A stretch of DNA of 64,000 nt from Patescibacteria group bacterium (GTDB lineage Bacteria; Patescibacteriota; Microgenomatia; UBA1400; UBA1449), in assembly GCA_050942955.1 (NCBI GenBank), contig JBMNOG010000001.1, positions 4,347 through 68,346 on the forward strand. The letters are read 5' to 3'. Shown piece by piece: positions 20,180 to 29,248 of the stretch; within the stretch, counting starts at the first letter, position 1, and each line of letters starts with the position of its first letter. The translations under genes were made by a program, and so were the position numbers. Under the pieces are notes generated by a model. The model had not been told where the DNA came from. It ran no database searches and was given only the letters and a program-made list of their open reading frames with translations.

Positions 20180-21565
20180 CTACAGATTAAAAGCTTCCAT
20201 CTCCATAAGCGGCCTAAGCTCAGCTTCAACTTGTGGGGCAAAAAATGCTCTAAGTTCGTTCCCACCACTAAGAAAGCTTAATAGTTGATCGAGGGCAAGT
20301 TGGGTTTTAGCAACCCTACCCGAGGTGTTAATAGCATCAAAAAATCCATTAGAAGAATAAATCTCAGGATATGCCCTTTCTAAGTCAGTAAGTACCCAAA
20401 GCGACTCATTTGGAGCATATTTGGCCGCTAAAAAGAGAGCATGCGGAGTAATCACCCTTTCGTTGCAAATAGGGTTATACTTACTCCCGCAAGGATAGCC
20501 ATCACAAAAAGAGCCTAAAGACCATAGACCAAACTCCCTATATCCACCTTCTGGGTCACAACAAGGAGAGTATCCAAACCAACCGTCATGGCAGCTAGCA
20601 CCATGGTTAACTTGTGCCTGTACATATCGCTGATGATTTATTCCCCAGCTAGTTGGTCCCCATTCTTCTTCCGGAACCAGCAGTGTGGGCATAAGAGCCT
20701 CAAACATGCTCCCTCCCCAAGAGGGAACAACAGAAACACCATCTTTATCTACATAGTTACCCTCGTACACCTCAACCCCCAGGTACCGTTCAAAGTGACC
20801 TCTAGGAATCTGTTTTTGTTTGTGGCCTGGTAAAAATGTACGGAAAAGCCGGAAGTAGTGTTCGGCTGGCAATTGCTTTTGTGCTATACCTATATAGCTT
20901 GCCATTCTTGCTTCAGTGTTAAGAATAGCATAACACCAAGCTTCAAATGTTTCTGAGGTCGGGCGATAAACTCCGTGAAGTAACCCTAGATTCTGATTAT
21001 AAAAGAAGCTAAAGTCCATATCGTTCAGCAACTTATTAGCTGTCTCTGCACAATCAGACTCTGCCTCCCTTACCACCATAAGTCCTGCCGCCAACCAGCC
21101 GTTATCAACAGAAGAAACAAATGGATTAAGCAGATTCCCATTTGCCGGCCATCGTGAAAGTACTCCACCAGTTTCCGGATCGTACCAGTTGCACAAAAAT
21201 CCATGGCATTTTTCCATCTTTCCGAGAGTTTTTAGGGTGTGGATAAGCCGATATTTAGCTTCTTGTCCTGAGATAATTCCACGTTCACGAGCTACCACTA
21301 CTCCCATTAGGCTTAACCCTATGTTCGTTGGCGAAGTATACATAGTAATTTCTTCATGTTCATTAATGTTATCTGCAATTAAACCTGTCTCAGGAATAGT
21401 AAGTCTTTCTATAGATCTCCAGGTAGAAAGGCTGTACCTGTCAAGAAGTTCTCGTTGAGGAAGTATCTCAGGTAGGGAAGCAAATTCAGGCCTTTCTTGA
21501 GCAACTACGCCAGTGGTCTGACGAAGCATTTCTACTGCCATACAACCAGTATGGCACAGAGACAA
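20180..21565 (-). CDS. (alpha/alpha)6-barrel glycoside-hydrolase-like protein (family uncertain; DUF3131/GH144-like)
   Basis: Aromatic/acidic-rich 461-aa soluble protein; resemblance only. Confidence 0.3.
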   Translation of the reverse strand: MSLCHTGCMAVEMLRQTTGVVAQERPEFASLPEILPQRELLDRYSLSTWRSIERLTIPETGLIADNINEHEEITMYTSPTNIGLSLMGVVVARERGIISGQEAKYRLIHTLKTLGKMEKCHGFLCNWYDPETGGVLSRWPANGNLLNPFVSSVDNGWLAAGLMVVREAESDCAETANKLLNDMDFSFFYNQNLGLLHGVYRPTSETFEAWCYAILNTEARMASYIGIAQKQLPAEHYFRLFRTFLPGHKQKQIPRGHFERYLGVEVYEGNYVDKDGVSVVPSWGGSMFEALMPTLLVPEEEWGPTSWGINHQRYVQAQVNHGASCHDGWFGYSPCCDPEGGYREFGLWSLGSFCDGYPCGSKYNPICNERVITPHALFLAAKYAPNESLWVLTDLERAYPEIYSSNGFFDAINTSGRVAKTQLALDQLLSFLSGGNELRAFFAPQVEAELRPLMEMEAFNL

Positions 21566-21693
21566 GAAAAGAGGTAGAGGAAGTAGAGAAGGTCAAAACT
21601 AATAATAGGAAATTATTAAAGAAATGAACCTACTTCAGAATACTGTCTTATGGGAAACAAATTCAACTTTTTCAAGTTATTAACTATAAATAT

Positions 21694-22461
21694 TCAGTAA
21701 GAGAAGGTGGATAAAATTTTATCAATTGTCTGTTTTCCCAACTCAGTAGGATCACTTCCAGTTTCTCCAGTTGATGCTATCACAATCATATTCTCTTGGT
21801 AAGGAAAAACAATAGTATACATTGGGCTCTCAAAGAGGTTGTATTTTGTTTTAATTCCTTGAATTCTATTATTTATATAAGGCTCCAGATTATCTGTCAC
21901 AAGCTCTGTGCAATAGTCTTTGTTGTCAATATTCCTATCAGGGTTCTTAAGAGCATTTTTACATAGTTCTTTTTTTGCATACTCTTCAGGAGAATAGTTA
22001 AAAGGGTTATCATTAACATACATGTCAGTATCAAAAAGTAAATCATGCGGGTTTAATTCTCCATCGTAAAATAAGGATATACTTTTCTCTCCTTCTTTCA
22101 CTTTCAAATCAGGACGATAATGAAATGAAAAACCATAGGTACTACTCTTGTAAACTGGCCAGTCATTTATATCAACAGCTTGAGAAACAGGAGTTGCTTG
22201 TTGAAAATTTGGCGCAGAAGTGAGGATAGGTGTGTTAGTAGCTTGCTGATTTTTTTTATTAGTGCTTTCCAGTTGCATACCAAGATAGTAACTAACTAGT
22301 CCAAATATTAAAAATCCAAGCAGTACACTAAGAAGTATTAACACATTTTTCCTTGGTGGCTTATGTGGAAACTGTTCTTGCTGAATCACAGTATTAGAAG
22401 GTGTATTTTCTTCTTGGAAACTCTGAGATGTTACTTGTTGGATACCGTTTCCATTGTTCAT
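21694..22461 (-). CDS. Hypothetical membrane-anchored secreted protein
   Basis: N-terminal low-complexity region, one TM, Gln/Asn-rich linker. Confidence 0.4.
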   Translation of the reverse strand: MNNGNGIQQVTSQSFQEENTPSNTVIQQEQFPHKPPRKNVLILLSVLLGFLIFGLVSYYLGMQLESTNKKNQQATNTPILTSAPNFQQATPVSQAVDINDWPVYKSSTYGFSFHYRPDLKVKEGEKSISLFYDGELNPHDLLFDTDMYVNDNPFNYSPEEYAKKELCKNALKNPDRNIDNKDYCTELVTDNLEPYINNRIQGIKTKYNLFESPMYTIVFPYQENMIVIASTGETGSDPTELGKQTIDKILSTFSY

Positions 22462-22572
22462 ATTAGATAATTATCACACAATTTTCTTCATATACGCAAT
22501 AAAGAAAGATAGGGAAAAGACTATAGATGGTGAAAAATAAAGTTAATATATGAAGCTTCTCAAATGTTTTTG

Positions 22573-22643
22573 TCGGGGAGGGGAGAATCGAACTCCCGCC
22601 ACACGGTCCCAAACCGCGTATCATACCACTTGACTACTCCCCG
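22573..22643 (-). tRNA. tRNA-Pro (anticodon TGG)
   Basis: Minus-strand cloverleaf: acceptor cggggag/ctccccg, anticodon stem cgcgg/ccgtg with loop ttTGGga, T-arm gggag-ttcgatt-ctccc. Confidence 0.8.
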
Positions 22644-22676
22644 AATTGATTTTGTATAGAGGTAGTGCCAGATCAG

Positions 22677-22762
22677 TGCCGCGGAGAGGAATCGAACCTC
22701 CACGAGGTATTACCCTCACGAGATTTTAAGTCTCGCGTGTCTACCAGTTCCACCACCGCGGC
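22677..22762 (-). tRNA. tRNA-Leu (anticodon TAA), long variable arm
   Basis: Minus strand: gccgcgg..tggtggaactggtagacac..cgaga-cTTAAaa-tctcg..variable hairpin..gaggttcgattcctc..ccgcggc-a. Confidence 0.8.
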
Positions 22763-22795
22763 ATAACTACCTAACTATCAAAACGGTTGTATACC

Positions 22796-22876
22796 TAACA
22801 ATCGGCGTGCCCCGCCTGAAGCGGAGTCACGGGATTTTTGTTAAATCCCTTGATCTATCAGTTCCACCACCACGAC
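22796..22876 (-). other. Decayed tRNA-Leu-like copy (pseudo-tRNA): acceptor 5' strand, D-arm, aberrant anticodon arm and variable hairpin present; no T-arm or 3' acceptor strand
   Basis: Minus strand reads gtcgtgg-tggtggaactgatagatca-agggat-ttaacaaaa-atccc-gtgactccgcttcaggcgg.., colinear with the adjacent tRNA-Leu(TAA). No GTTCRA T-loop and no ccacgac to close the acceptor. Confidence 0.5.
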
Positions 22877-22930
22877 ATACAACACTATGTATTTTACATT
22901 AATATGGGAAGTTTTGCTTTCGAAGTTAAT

Positions 22931-23356
22931 CTAAGACAACTTTAGTTTACTTACCAATCTTTCTGCTTTGTCTTCTTCTAGTCTAGGTTTCCGGCATTGT
23001 TCAATAACCCCAAAAAGCTCAGAGACTTCTCCTTCGTTTAGATTAGGAAGCAAATGGATATGAGCGTGAGGCACTTGTTCTCCCAAAACAATGCTAATAA
23101 CCAGATCTATGCCGGAAAGACTCTTGTAGTGATTGGCAACTTTTTTACATACTGACATGTACTCGCCAATGTTGGGTGAAGTATGAGCATCTTCAGGAAG
23201 GTCCCACACCCATCTGTAGTGTTTTTTAGGAATAACCAATGTGTGGCCCTCAACATAAGGGAAAATATCGAGAAATGCCAGGTAGTGTTCGTCTTCGTAA
23301 ATTTTATAGCTGGGAACTTTACCTTTAGCAATTTTACAGAAAATACAGTCTTCCAT
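22931..23356 (-). CDS. HIT-family (histidine triad) nucleotide hydrolase
   Basis: CIFCKI...HTLVIPKKH...HAHIHLLP (HxHxHxx triad). Confidence 0.85.
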   Translation of the reverse strand: MEDCIFCKIAKGKVPSYKIYEDEHYLAFLDIFPYVEGHTLVIPKKHYRWVWDLPEDAHTSPNIGEYMSVCKKVANHYKSLSGIDLVISIVLGEQVPHAHIHLLPNLNEGEVSELFGVIEQCRKPRLEEDKAERLVSKLKLS

Positions 23357-23390
23357 ACTATCATTCTATCAGTTGCAAAATTAGGAAACA

Positions 23391-24476
23391 ATGAAATTAG
23401 GTATAATATTAGACATGAAACAGGTAAAAACAAAACTATGTCCGACCATTCTTGCTATTGATACCAGTTGTGACGACACTTCAGTTGCAATTACACAAGG
23501 TATGAAAATTCTCGCAAATGTCATTGCCTCTCAAGTGGAAATTCACCGCAAATACGGTGGTGTCATGCCATTGGAGGCCAAACTGGCACATCACGAATTT
23601 ATTAACCCAACCTATACTGAAGCACTTAAACGGGCACGTGTAGAAGAAAACAACATTGATGCTGTAGCAGTAACCTATGGTCCTGGTTTGGCTATTGCAC
23701 TGGAAGTGGGTATTGGTTTTGCTAAGGAAATTTCCCGAACCCTACAAAAACCCCTTATAGCTGTAAACCATATGAAGGGACATCTGTATTCACCTCTGGC
23801 AGTAAACTCAAAGGGAAAGTGCCAACCATCCGTTCGCCCTGAAGACTTCCCTGTTTTAGCTTTGCTAGTCTCAGGAGGCCACACAGAATTGGTTCTTTTA
23901 AAAAACCTGGAGAATTTAGAGGTAGTTGGCAAGACAATCGATGATGCTGCAGGAGAAGCTCTAGATAAGTTTGCCAGAATGATCGACTTGGGCTATCCTG
24001 GAGCCGCAGCAATGGAGCAAGTGGCCAGAAACGGAGATGCTTCACGCTTTTCCTTCCCTTTACCAATGACCCAAGTTAAAACATTCGACTACAGTTTCTC
24101 GGGCTTGAAAACTGCAGGGCGCCATACTATCGAAAAGTTTGGTAATTCTCTAACCAAAAAAGATGTAGAAGATCTTGCCGCTTCATTCCAGCAAGCAGTT
24201 TTCAAAACTCTGCTTTATAAGCTTAGTAAAGCAGTTGAAGCTTTTAAACCTCGTTCAATATGGGTAGGTGGAGGAGTCAGTGCCAATTTGGAACTTAGAA
24301 AAATGCTTCGAAAATACTGTAAAGAGAGAGGTCTGCAATTTTTATACCCAACTCAAAGAAGGCTAAACACAGATAACGCCGCTATGATAGGAGTGGCCGC
24401 CTTCTTCCAGTACAAAAAACAGGATTTCATCAAGAATCTGGATAGCTTGCAAAGGGTTCCGAGACTTGAACTCTAA
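23391..24476 (+). CDS. tsaD: tRNA N6-adenosine threonylcarbamoyltransferase
   Basis: ILAIDTSCDDTSVAI, HMKGHLY, GGVSAN Kae1/TsaD motifs (start probably the Met at ~23418). Confidence 0.85.
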   Translation: MKLGIILDMKQVKTKLCPTILAIDTSCDDTSVAITQGMKILANVIASQVEIHRKYGGVMPLEAKLAHHEFINPTYTEALKRARVEENNIDAVAVTYGPGLAIALEVGIGFAKEISRTLQKPLIAVNHMKGHLYSPLAVNSKGKCQPSVRPEDFPVLALLVSGGHTELVLLKNLENLEVVGKTIDDAAGEALDKFARMIDLGYPGAAAMEQVARNGDASRFSFPLPMTQVKTFDYSFSGLKTAGRHTIEKFGNSLTKKDVEDLAASFQQAVFKTLLYKLSKAVEAFKPRSIWVGGGVSANLELRKMLRKYCKERGLQFLYPTQRRLNTDNAAMIGVAAFFQYKKQDFIKNLDSLQRVPRLEL

Positions 24477-24757
24477 TCCTAACACTAAATTTCCCCCACA
24501 GATGTAAATTTAGCATTGTTGGAACAGGTTATTTAGCTTACTAATTAATTATTTTTGGAATTTTCCTGATTTTAAGTTTTACCAAACAAATAAATGAGTA
24601 CGAAAGCGGTATTTTGTACCAACTGGGAAAATTAAGGGAATTTTTAGGATAGGCTGGCATGTTGGTCTTACCTGCTATCAATGGAAGTACTTAAAGTGTT
24701 TGAGGATTTTGTAAAAAAGTCTAAGCGAACACTTTTCACTCTATCTTCATCATTCTT

Positions 24758-25180
24758 TTGCTAAAATTGGTTAGTAATTATGTTTATAAAAGGAGATATA
24801 TGACAGGATACATTGATAATATTGAAAAGCAAACACTAGAAAATGAGAACTTTAGAAAGGTTTTGTTTACGGGTCCTAATAGCCAACTTGTAGTTATGAC
24901 TCTCCAACCTAAAGAAGAGATTGGTATGGAAACTCATGACGATATTGATCAGTTCATCAGGATTGAAAAAGGGCAGGGAAAAGCCATATTAAACAGTGAA
25001 GAAACAGAGGTGAAAGATGATTTTGCTATTGTCATCCCTGCAGGCACTGAACATAATATCATCAATACTTCAGAAACAGAAAAAATGAAGCTTTACACTG
25101 TTTATTCGCCAGCCGAACATCCTGAAGGCACAATCCACAAAACCAAAGCTGAGGCTGATGCAGCCGAACACGAACATTAA
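24758..25180 (+). CDS. Cupin-domain protein
   Basis: Two-motif cupin pattern (ETHDDIDQFIRIEKG ... IPAGTEHNIINT). Confidence 0.6.
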   Translation: MLKLVSNYVYKRRYMTGYIDNIEKQTLENENFRKVLFTGPNSQLVVMTLQPKEEIGMETHDDIDQFIRIEKGQGKAILNSEETEVKDDFAIVIPAGTEHNIINTSETEKMKLYTVYSPAEHPEGTIHKTKAEADAAEHEH

Positions 25181-25291
25181 ACTGTGACTTTTATTAGATG
25201 AGTTGCCGCCAGCTCTTCATCATGTATTCATCTTTTCTTAATACAATGAGATTTGTTATGATACACGATGTAGGTATTCCAAAGACTTACT

Positions 25292-25975
25292 ATGAAAGTC
25301 TTAATTATTGAAGATGATAAGCGCATCGCAACCGTGATGAAGCGCGGCCTTAAAGAAGAAGGGTTTACAGTTGATGTAGTGTATGACGGAGAAGAGGGAG
25401 AGTACATGGCAACTGAAAATCCCTATGATGCCATCGTTCTTGATCTTAATCTTCCTGATAAAGACGGGCTGCAGATTTGCCGTAAACTTAGACAAAATAA
25501 AGTTGAAACCCCAATCATTATGGTTACTGCCAGAACCGGAATAGAAGACAGAGTAAAAGGTTTAAACCTAGGAGCTGATGATTATCTTCCCAAACCATTT
25601 GCCTTTTCAGAGCTTCTGGCTAGAATACGCTCTCTCATCCGCAGAAACAGCCAGCAAAAAACTCCTGAATACAGACTTGATGATTTAATCCTTGATCCTA
25701 TTAAACACTCAGTTAAAAGAGGCAAGGACACGCTTAATTTAACAGCTAAGGAGTTTTCTTTACTGGAATTTCTTCTAGCTCACCAAGGAGAAGTAGTTAC
25801 CCGAACCATGATTTTGGAACACGTCTGGGACTACAACTATGATGGACTATCAAACGTTGTTGATGTTTTCATAAAAACACTAAGAAAAAAGTTAAGATCA
25901 GCTGGAAACAAAACTCCGCTTATTAATACCGTTCATGGAGTAGGATATAAACTTGAGACAGCAACTAAACACTAG
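25292..25975 (+). CDS. OmpR-family response regulator (receiver plus winged helix)
   Basis: Asp pocket DAIVLDLNLPDKDG; C-terminal wHTH (VDVFIKTLRKKL). Confidence 0.9.
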   Translation: MKVLIIEDDKRIATVMKRGLKEEGFTVDVVYDGEEGEYMATENPYDAIVLDLNLPDKDGLQICRKLRQNKVETPIIMVTARTGIEDRVKGLNLGADDYLPKPFAFSELLARIRSLIRRNSQQKTPEYRLDDLILDPIKHSVKRGKDTLNLTAKEFSLLEFLLAHQGEVVTRTMILEHVWDYNYDGLSNVVDVFIKTLRKKLRSAGNKTPLINTVHGVGYKLETATKH

Positions 25976-25989
25976 CTGGAGACCTCTTC

Positions 25990-27504
25990 ATGAAGAGTGT
26001 ATTTGTAAAATTTGACCGGCTTCCCATACGTATCAAACTGACTATCTGGTATACTCTGTCTTTCATGGTGGTCATGGCTTTTTCTTTTGTCAGTTTTTTT
26101 CTGGTTACCCGCAACCTGCTCCTTTCCAAAATTGATAGCGCTATTAAGTCTCAGTCAGAAGAAATCTGTGCTCTTCTTAAGGACCAGACTATCTCACCCG
26201 CCTCAAAAGAGTTAATCCTGCGTACATTTCAGATTACAAAAACTAACTTTGTCTTAATTTTAAACCGCAACAACGAAATTGTAGTCCAGTCACAACCTTT
26301 TCCGGTTGAAGAAAAGCTTCTGGTTAATCTCACTAACGCTGTCAGTAAGTCTCCTCAGTTTACCACCCAAGAAAAAAGCCGCTTTTTTATTTCTCCACTT
26401 TACAGCAACGACAGCCTTCTAGGGACAGTGATTGTAGGAGACTCGATTTCAGCAATTGACGAGGCTTTTAGTGTGTTATTTAACACCTTAACTCTAATTT
26501 TCTTCTTATTCCTACTACCTCTAATACTGGTCAGTTTTCTTGAAGCTGATATTTCGCTACTCCCGTTAAGAGACCTAGCAAACCGTATGAACATGATCAC
26601 CACAAAGAATTTATCCCTGAGGGTAGACACTCTTAATCCAAAAGATGAAATTGGTGAGGTAAGCACGGCCTTTAATAAGCTCCTCGACCGTATCCAGAAA
26701 GGGTTTGTCAAAGAACGTCAGCTTATCCATGACGTATCACATCAGCTAAAAACCCCTTTAACCGCTGTTCAGAGCGAAATTGAGATTGGGCTTGCCAAAC
26801 CCCGTACTCCAGTTGCTTATCAAAACATCCTTAAAGATATTCTCAATGACACTAGTCGTATTAATAATCTTCTTAAAGATATGATGAACTTTGCCTGGGC
26901 TGCTAGCGACAATCAAGAACAGCACTTTAGCAAACAAAACCTCAGCATTATCCTGGAAGAAGCTTCAGAAATTACCCAACAAATGGGAGAGTCACAAAAC
27001 CTTAGTGTTGTAACTAGTATTATCCCTAATATTTATGTTCTAGGTCATCGGGAAAAACTGTTTCAGATATTTATGAGTATTTTGGAAAATGCTGTTAAGT
27101 ATTCAATAAAAAATGGCAGAATATGGGTTCAAGCCAGCACTTCCGGAAACAAGGCTAAAATTATCATCAAAGATAACGGTATAGGAATCAGCAAAAGGGA
27201 TTTACCCCACATATTTGAGCGTTTTTATAGAGGCAAGAACCACATTGATGAAGGTTCAGGTCTAGGACTTTCAATTGCTTCAGCGCTCGTTAAAGCCCAT
27301 AAAGGGACTATTGAAGTTAACAGTCAGCGACATAAAGGATCAACATTTATTATCACCTTACCCCTATCTAATAAAGAAACCAGTGTTAAATCCAATAGAA
27401 TTACTGTACACCGTCCTCATGTTAGGACGTTTATAAGAAAGCAATTCCGGCAGTTAGGAAAAAACCGAACAGAAAAAGCTAAAAAAATGAAGAAGACTTC
27501 ATAA
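25990..27504 (+). CDS. Sensor histidine kinase (two TM, HAMP, HisKA, HATPase_c)
   Basis: H-box HDVSHQLKTPL, N-box ENAVKYS, G-boxes DNGIGI / GSGLGLSI. Confidence 0.9.
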   Translation: MKSVFVKFDRLPIRIKLTIWYTLSFMVVMAFSFVSFFLVTRNLLLSKIDSAIKSQSEEICALLKDQTISPASKELILRTFQITKTNFVLILNRNNEIVVQSQPFPVEEKLLVNLTNAVSKSPQFTTQEKSRFFISPLYSNDSLLGTVIVGDSISAIDEAFSVLFNTLTLIFFLFLLPLILVSFLEADISLLPLRDLANRMNMITTKNLSLRVDTLNPKDEIGEVSTAFNKLLDRIQKGFVKERQLIHDVSHQLKTPLTAVQSEIEIGLAKPRTPVAYQNILKDILNDTSRINNLLKDMMNFAWAASDNQEQHFSKQNLSIILEEASEITQQMGESQNLSVVTSIIPNIYVLGHREKLFQIFMSILENAVKYSIKNGRIWVQASTSGNKAKIIIKDNGIGISKRDLPHIFERFYRGKNHIDEGSGLGLSIASALVKAHKGTIEVNSQRHKGSTFIITLPLSNKETSVKSNRITVHRPHVRTFIRKQFRQLGKNRTEKAKKMKKTS

Positions 27505-27756
27505 TCGGCTCACTACTTGCTCATCTCCTTCCCTTTATACTGAAACTACTCTTTGACAGATGCAGTAGACAGCGGCATTACCAACTAGACTGATTCCAAC
27601 TAGTGCCGTGATCTTCATAATGTTCACGGGTGCAAGCTTGATCTACTGACGTTTATCAATACTCTCTCTTAAATGTTATGCTTCTAAGCACTTTGACCCG
27701 CTGTCGCGGTCCGACAGCAAGAGCGTAAGGACAGGTTCATAACAAGCAAATAAAAA

Positions 27757-27784
27757 GCAATCCTTAGGCAAGATTGCTTTTTTT
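27757..27784 (+). terminator. Rho-independent terminator
   Basis: gcaatc-cttaggcaa-gattgc followed by ttttttt. Confidence 0.6.
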
Positions 27785-27857
27785 GCGCCTTTTTAATACT
27801 TTCTGCAGACTAAACTGCCTCTTTTCACACGCTATTTTTTTCTTGTATAGTAAATGT

Positions 27858-28565
27858 ATGCAATCTTTATCTGCCCGGACAATGTATCTCTTACTTGCCT
27901 CAGCAATTACATTGCTGTTTTTAGGTACAGGCATCTTTTACGTTTTTGATACCAGCAAAACTTCCGAAACACCGGCACCAACATTAGTGGCAGACAGTAA
28001 TTCTGAAAACATCCAAGAAACTACAGTAGAAAATGAAACATATCCTGAAGAAGAGGGAGTAACTGAAACTGACCAAGTTATAGATGTTACAGTAGAAAAA
28101 GAGGATACAAAAACACCGGAAATTGAATCTGTTACTACTGAATCTATTCAAAGGGCTTTAACTATTATTGGCTGCTATGACGCATGCGACTACAGTTATC
28201 AGTGCCCTGATGACCTGGAGTGCCTTGAGATTGAAGGAGTGAAAAGATGCGTAAATACAACCTGTCCCAATGACACAGCCTGTACTTGCGAGAATGTTCA
28301 ACCGGAAACCTCTACCAGCAAAGTAGCCGGCGTTTTTACCCAGGAAACAATTGAAGATGAGGAAGAAGAGGTTGCTGGTGTAGGTGGGTTTATGGATGAA
28401 AGTGAGGAGGAGGCTGATCCTACTCCTAGCCCAACAGCCAGCGCATCTGCCTCAAAAACTTGGAATCCTAAGCTACCTAAGGCCGGAGGAGAGGAATTCA
28501 CTCTTCTGGTACTAGTTATGGGAGTAACTCTCGCCGGAGTCGGCGTAGCCTTAAAAAGGGCATAG
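27858..28565 (+). CDS. Acidic Thr/Glu-rich cell-surface protein with Cys-rich module and C-terminal LPKAG-hydrophobic-KRA sorting-signal-like tail
   Basis: N-terminal signal/TM (MQSLSARTMYLLLASAITLLFLG). Ten Cys within ~50 aa (CYDACDYSYQCPDDLECLE..CVNTTCPNDTACTCE). C-terminus ..LPKAGGEEFTLLVLVMGVTLAGVGVALKRA. The ORF track start at 27774 lies inside the terminator hairpin, so the Met at 27858 is preferred. Confidence 0.5.
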   Translation: MQSLSARTMYLLLASAITLLFLGTGIFYVFDTSKTSETPAPTLVADSNSENIQETTVENETYPEEEGVTETDQVIDVTVEKEDTKTPEIESVTTESIQRALTIIGCYDACDYSYQCPDDLECLEIEGVKRCVNTTCPNDTACTCENVQPETSTSKVAGVFTQETIEDEEEEVAGVGGFMDESEEEADPTPSPTASASASKTWNPKLPKAGGEEFTLLVLVMGVTLAGVGVALKRA

Positions 28566-28611
28566 TTAACCTTCTAATTCCCTTTTTCTCTTCATACTTG
28601 CTACAATAGAT

Positions 28612-28968
28612 TTGTTTATTCTTATGCCTAACACTATTAAATCAGCTTACACTCTCTGCAATAATCTTACAGAAGCAGTCTGGTATGTAGTTCAATTCTG
28701 GAGTGTATTTGCCAAAACAATTGTTGGTAATCAGCTTCTGAATTCACTTGATAACATTTCAATAAACCTGGCAAAGGCAGGTAAAATCAAAGACTCAAAC
28801 AGGCAGATACTGTTTCTAGGTGATGCCGCTGAGTACTTAATTGAAAGTTTCGTCTGGATAGATAAAGCCAGAAGAAGAAGTCTTTTTAGTAAAGAAGAGT
28901 ACCAGACTTTCTATCTACAGATGGAAAAGTTGGAAACATTGCTCGATAAGAAACGGAAAAGGAAATAA
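28612..28968 (+). CDS. Hypothetical helical protein
   Basis: ORF only. Confidence 0.35.
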   Translation: MFILMPNTIKSAYTLCNNLTEAVWYVVQFWSVFAKTIVGNQLLNSLDNISINLAKAGKIKDSNRQILFLGDAAEYLIESFVWIDKARRRSLFSKEEYQTFYLQMEKLETLLDKKRKRK

Positions 28969-28969
28969 T

Positions 28970-29248
28970 CTAAAGCCCCTTGCCACATTGCCCTTGGGCA
29001 AAAAGAATCGGATCACACCCATAGTTTTCCGGAAGTATACAGTAGGTGTTTTTTGTCCCATCCTCATCGATCCAATCTTCGTAGTGACCGCCCTTCTCTT
29101 CACAGTAACGCTTTGCTTGTTCAGGGGTTGGTCTGACCCGTCTCGCCGCTACTTCCTCGTGAGTGGGTATAGCTCCTGCCTCTGGCTGGCAGCCAGCTAA
29201 AAACACCACAGATAGTATTAGTAGAATTATGTTTTTAGCCCTTAGCAT
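28970..29248 (-). CDS. DUF333-family lipoprotein
   Basis: Lipobox LAGC after the signal peptide MLRAKNIILLILSVVF; ...YCEEKGG...YC..P Cys pattern of DUF333. Confidence 0.55.
   Translation of the reverse strand: MLRAKNIILLILSVVFLAGCQPEAGAIPTHEEVAARRVRPTPEQAKRYCEEKGGHYEDWIDEDGTKNTYCILPENYGCDPILFAQGQCGKGL

Noticed and set aside
22796-22876. Calling the third tRNA-like element a functional tRNA (e.g. a suppressor with a 9-nt anticodon loop)
   Set aside because: No T-arm (no GTTCRANYC) and no 3' acceptor strand complementary to gtcgtgg could be found on either strand
24477-24757. 280-nt intergenic region upstream of the cupin gene as a ncRNA
   Set aside because: AT-rich, with no convincing helices or terminator; more likely a promoter/UTR region
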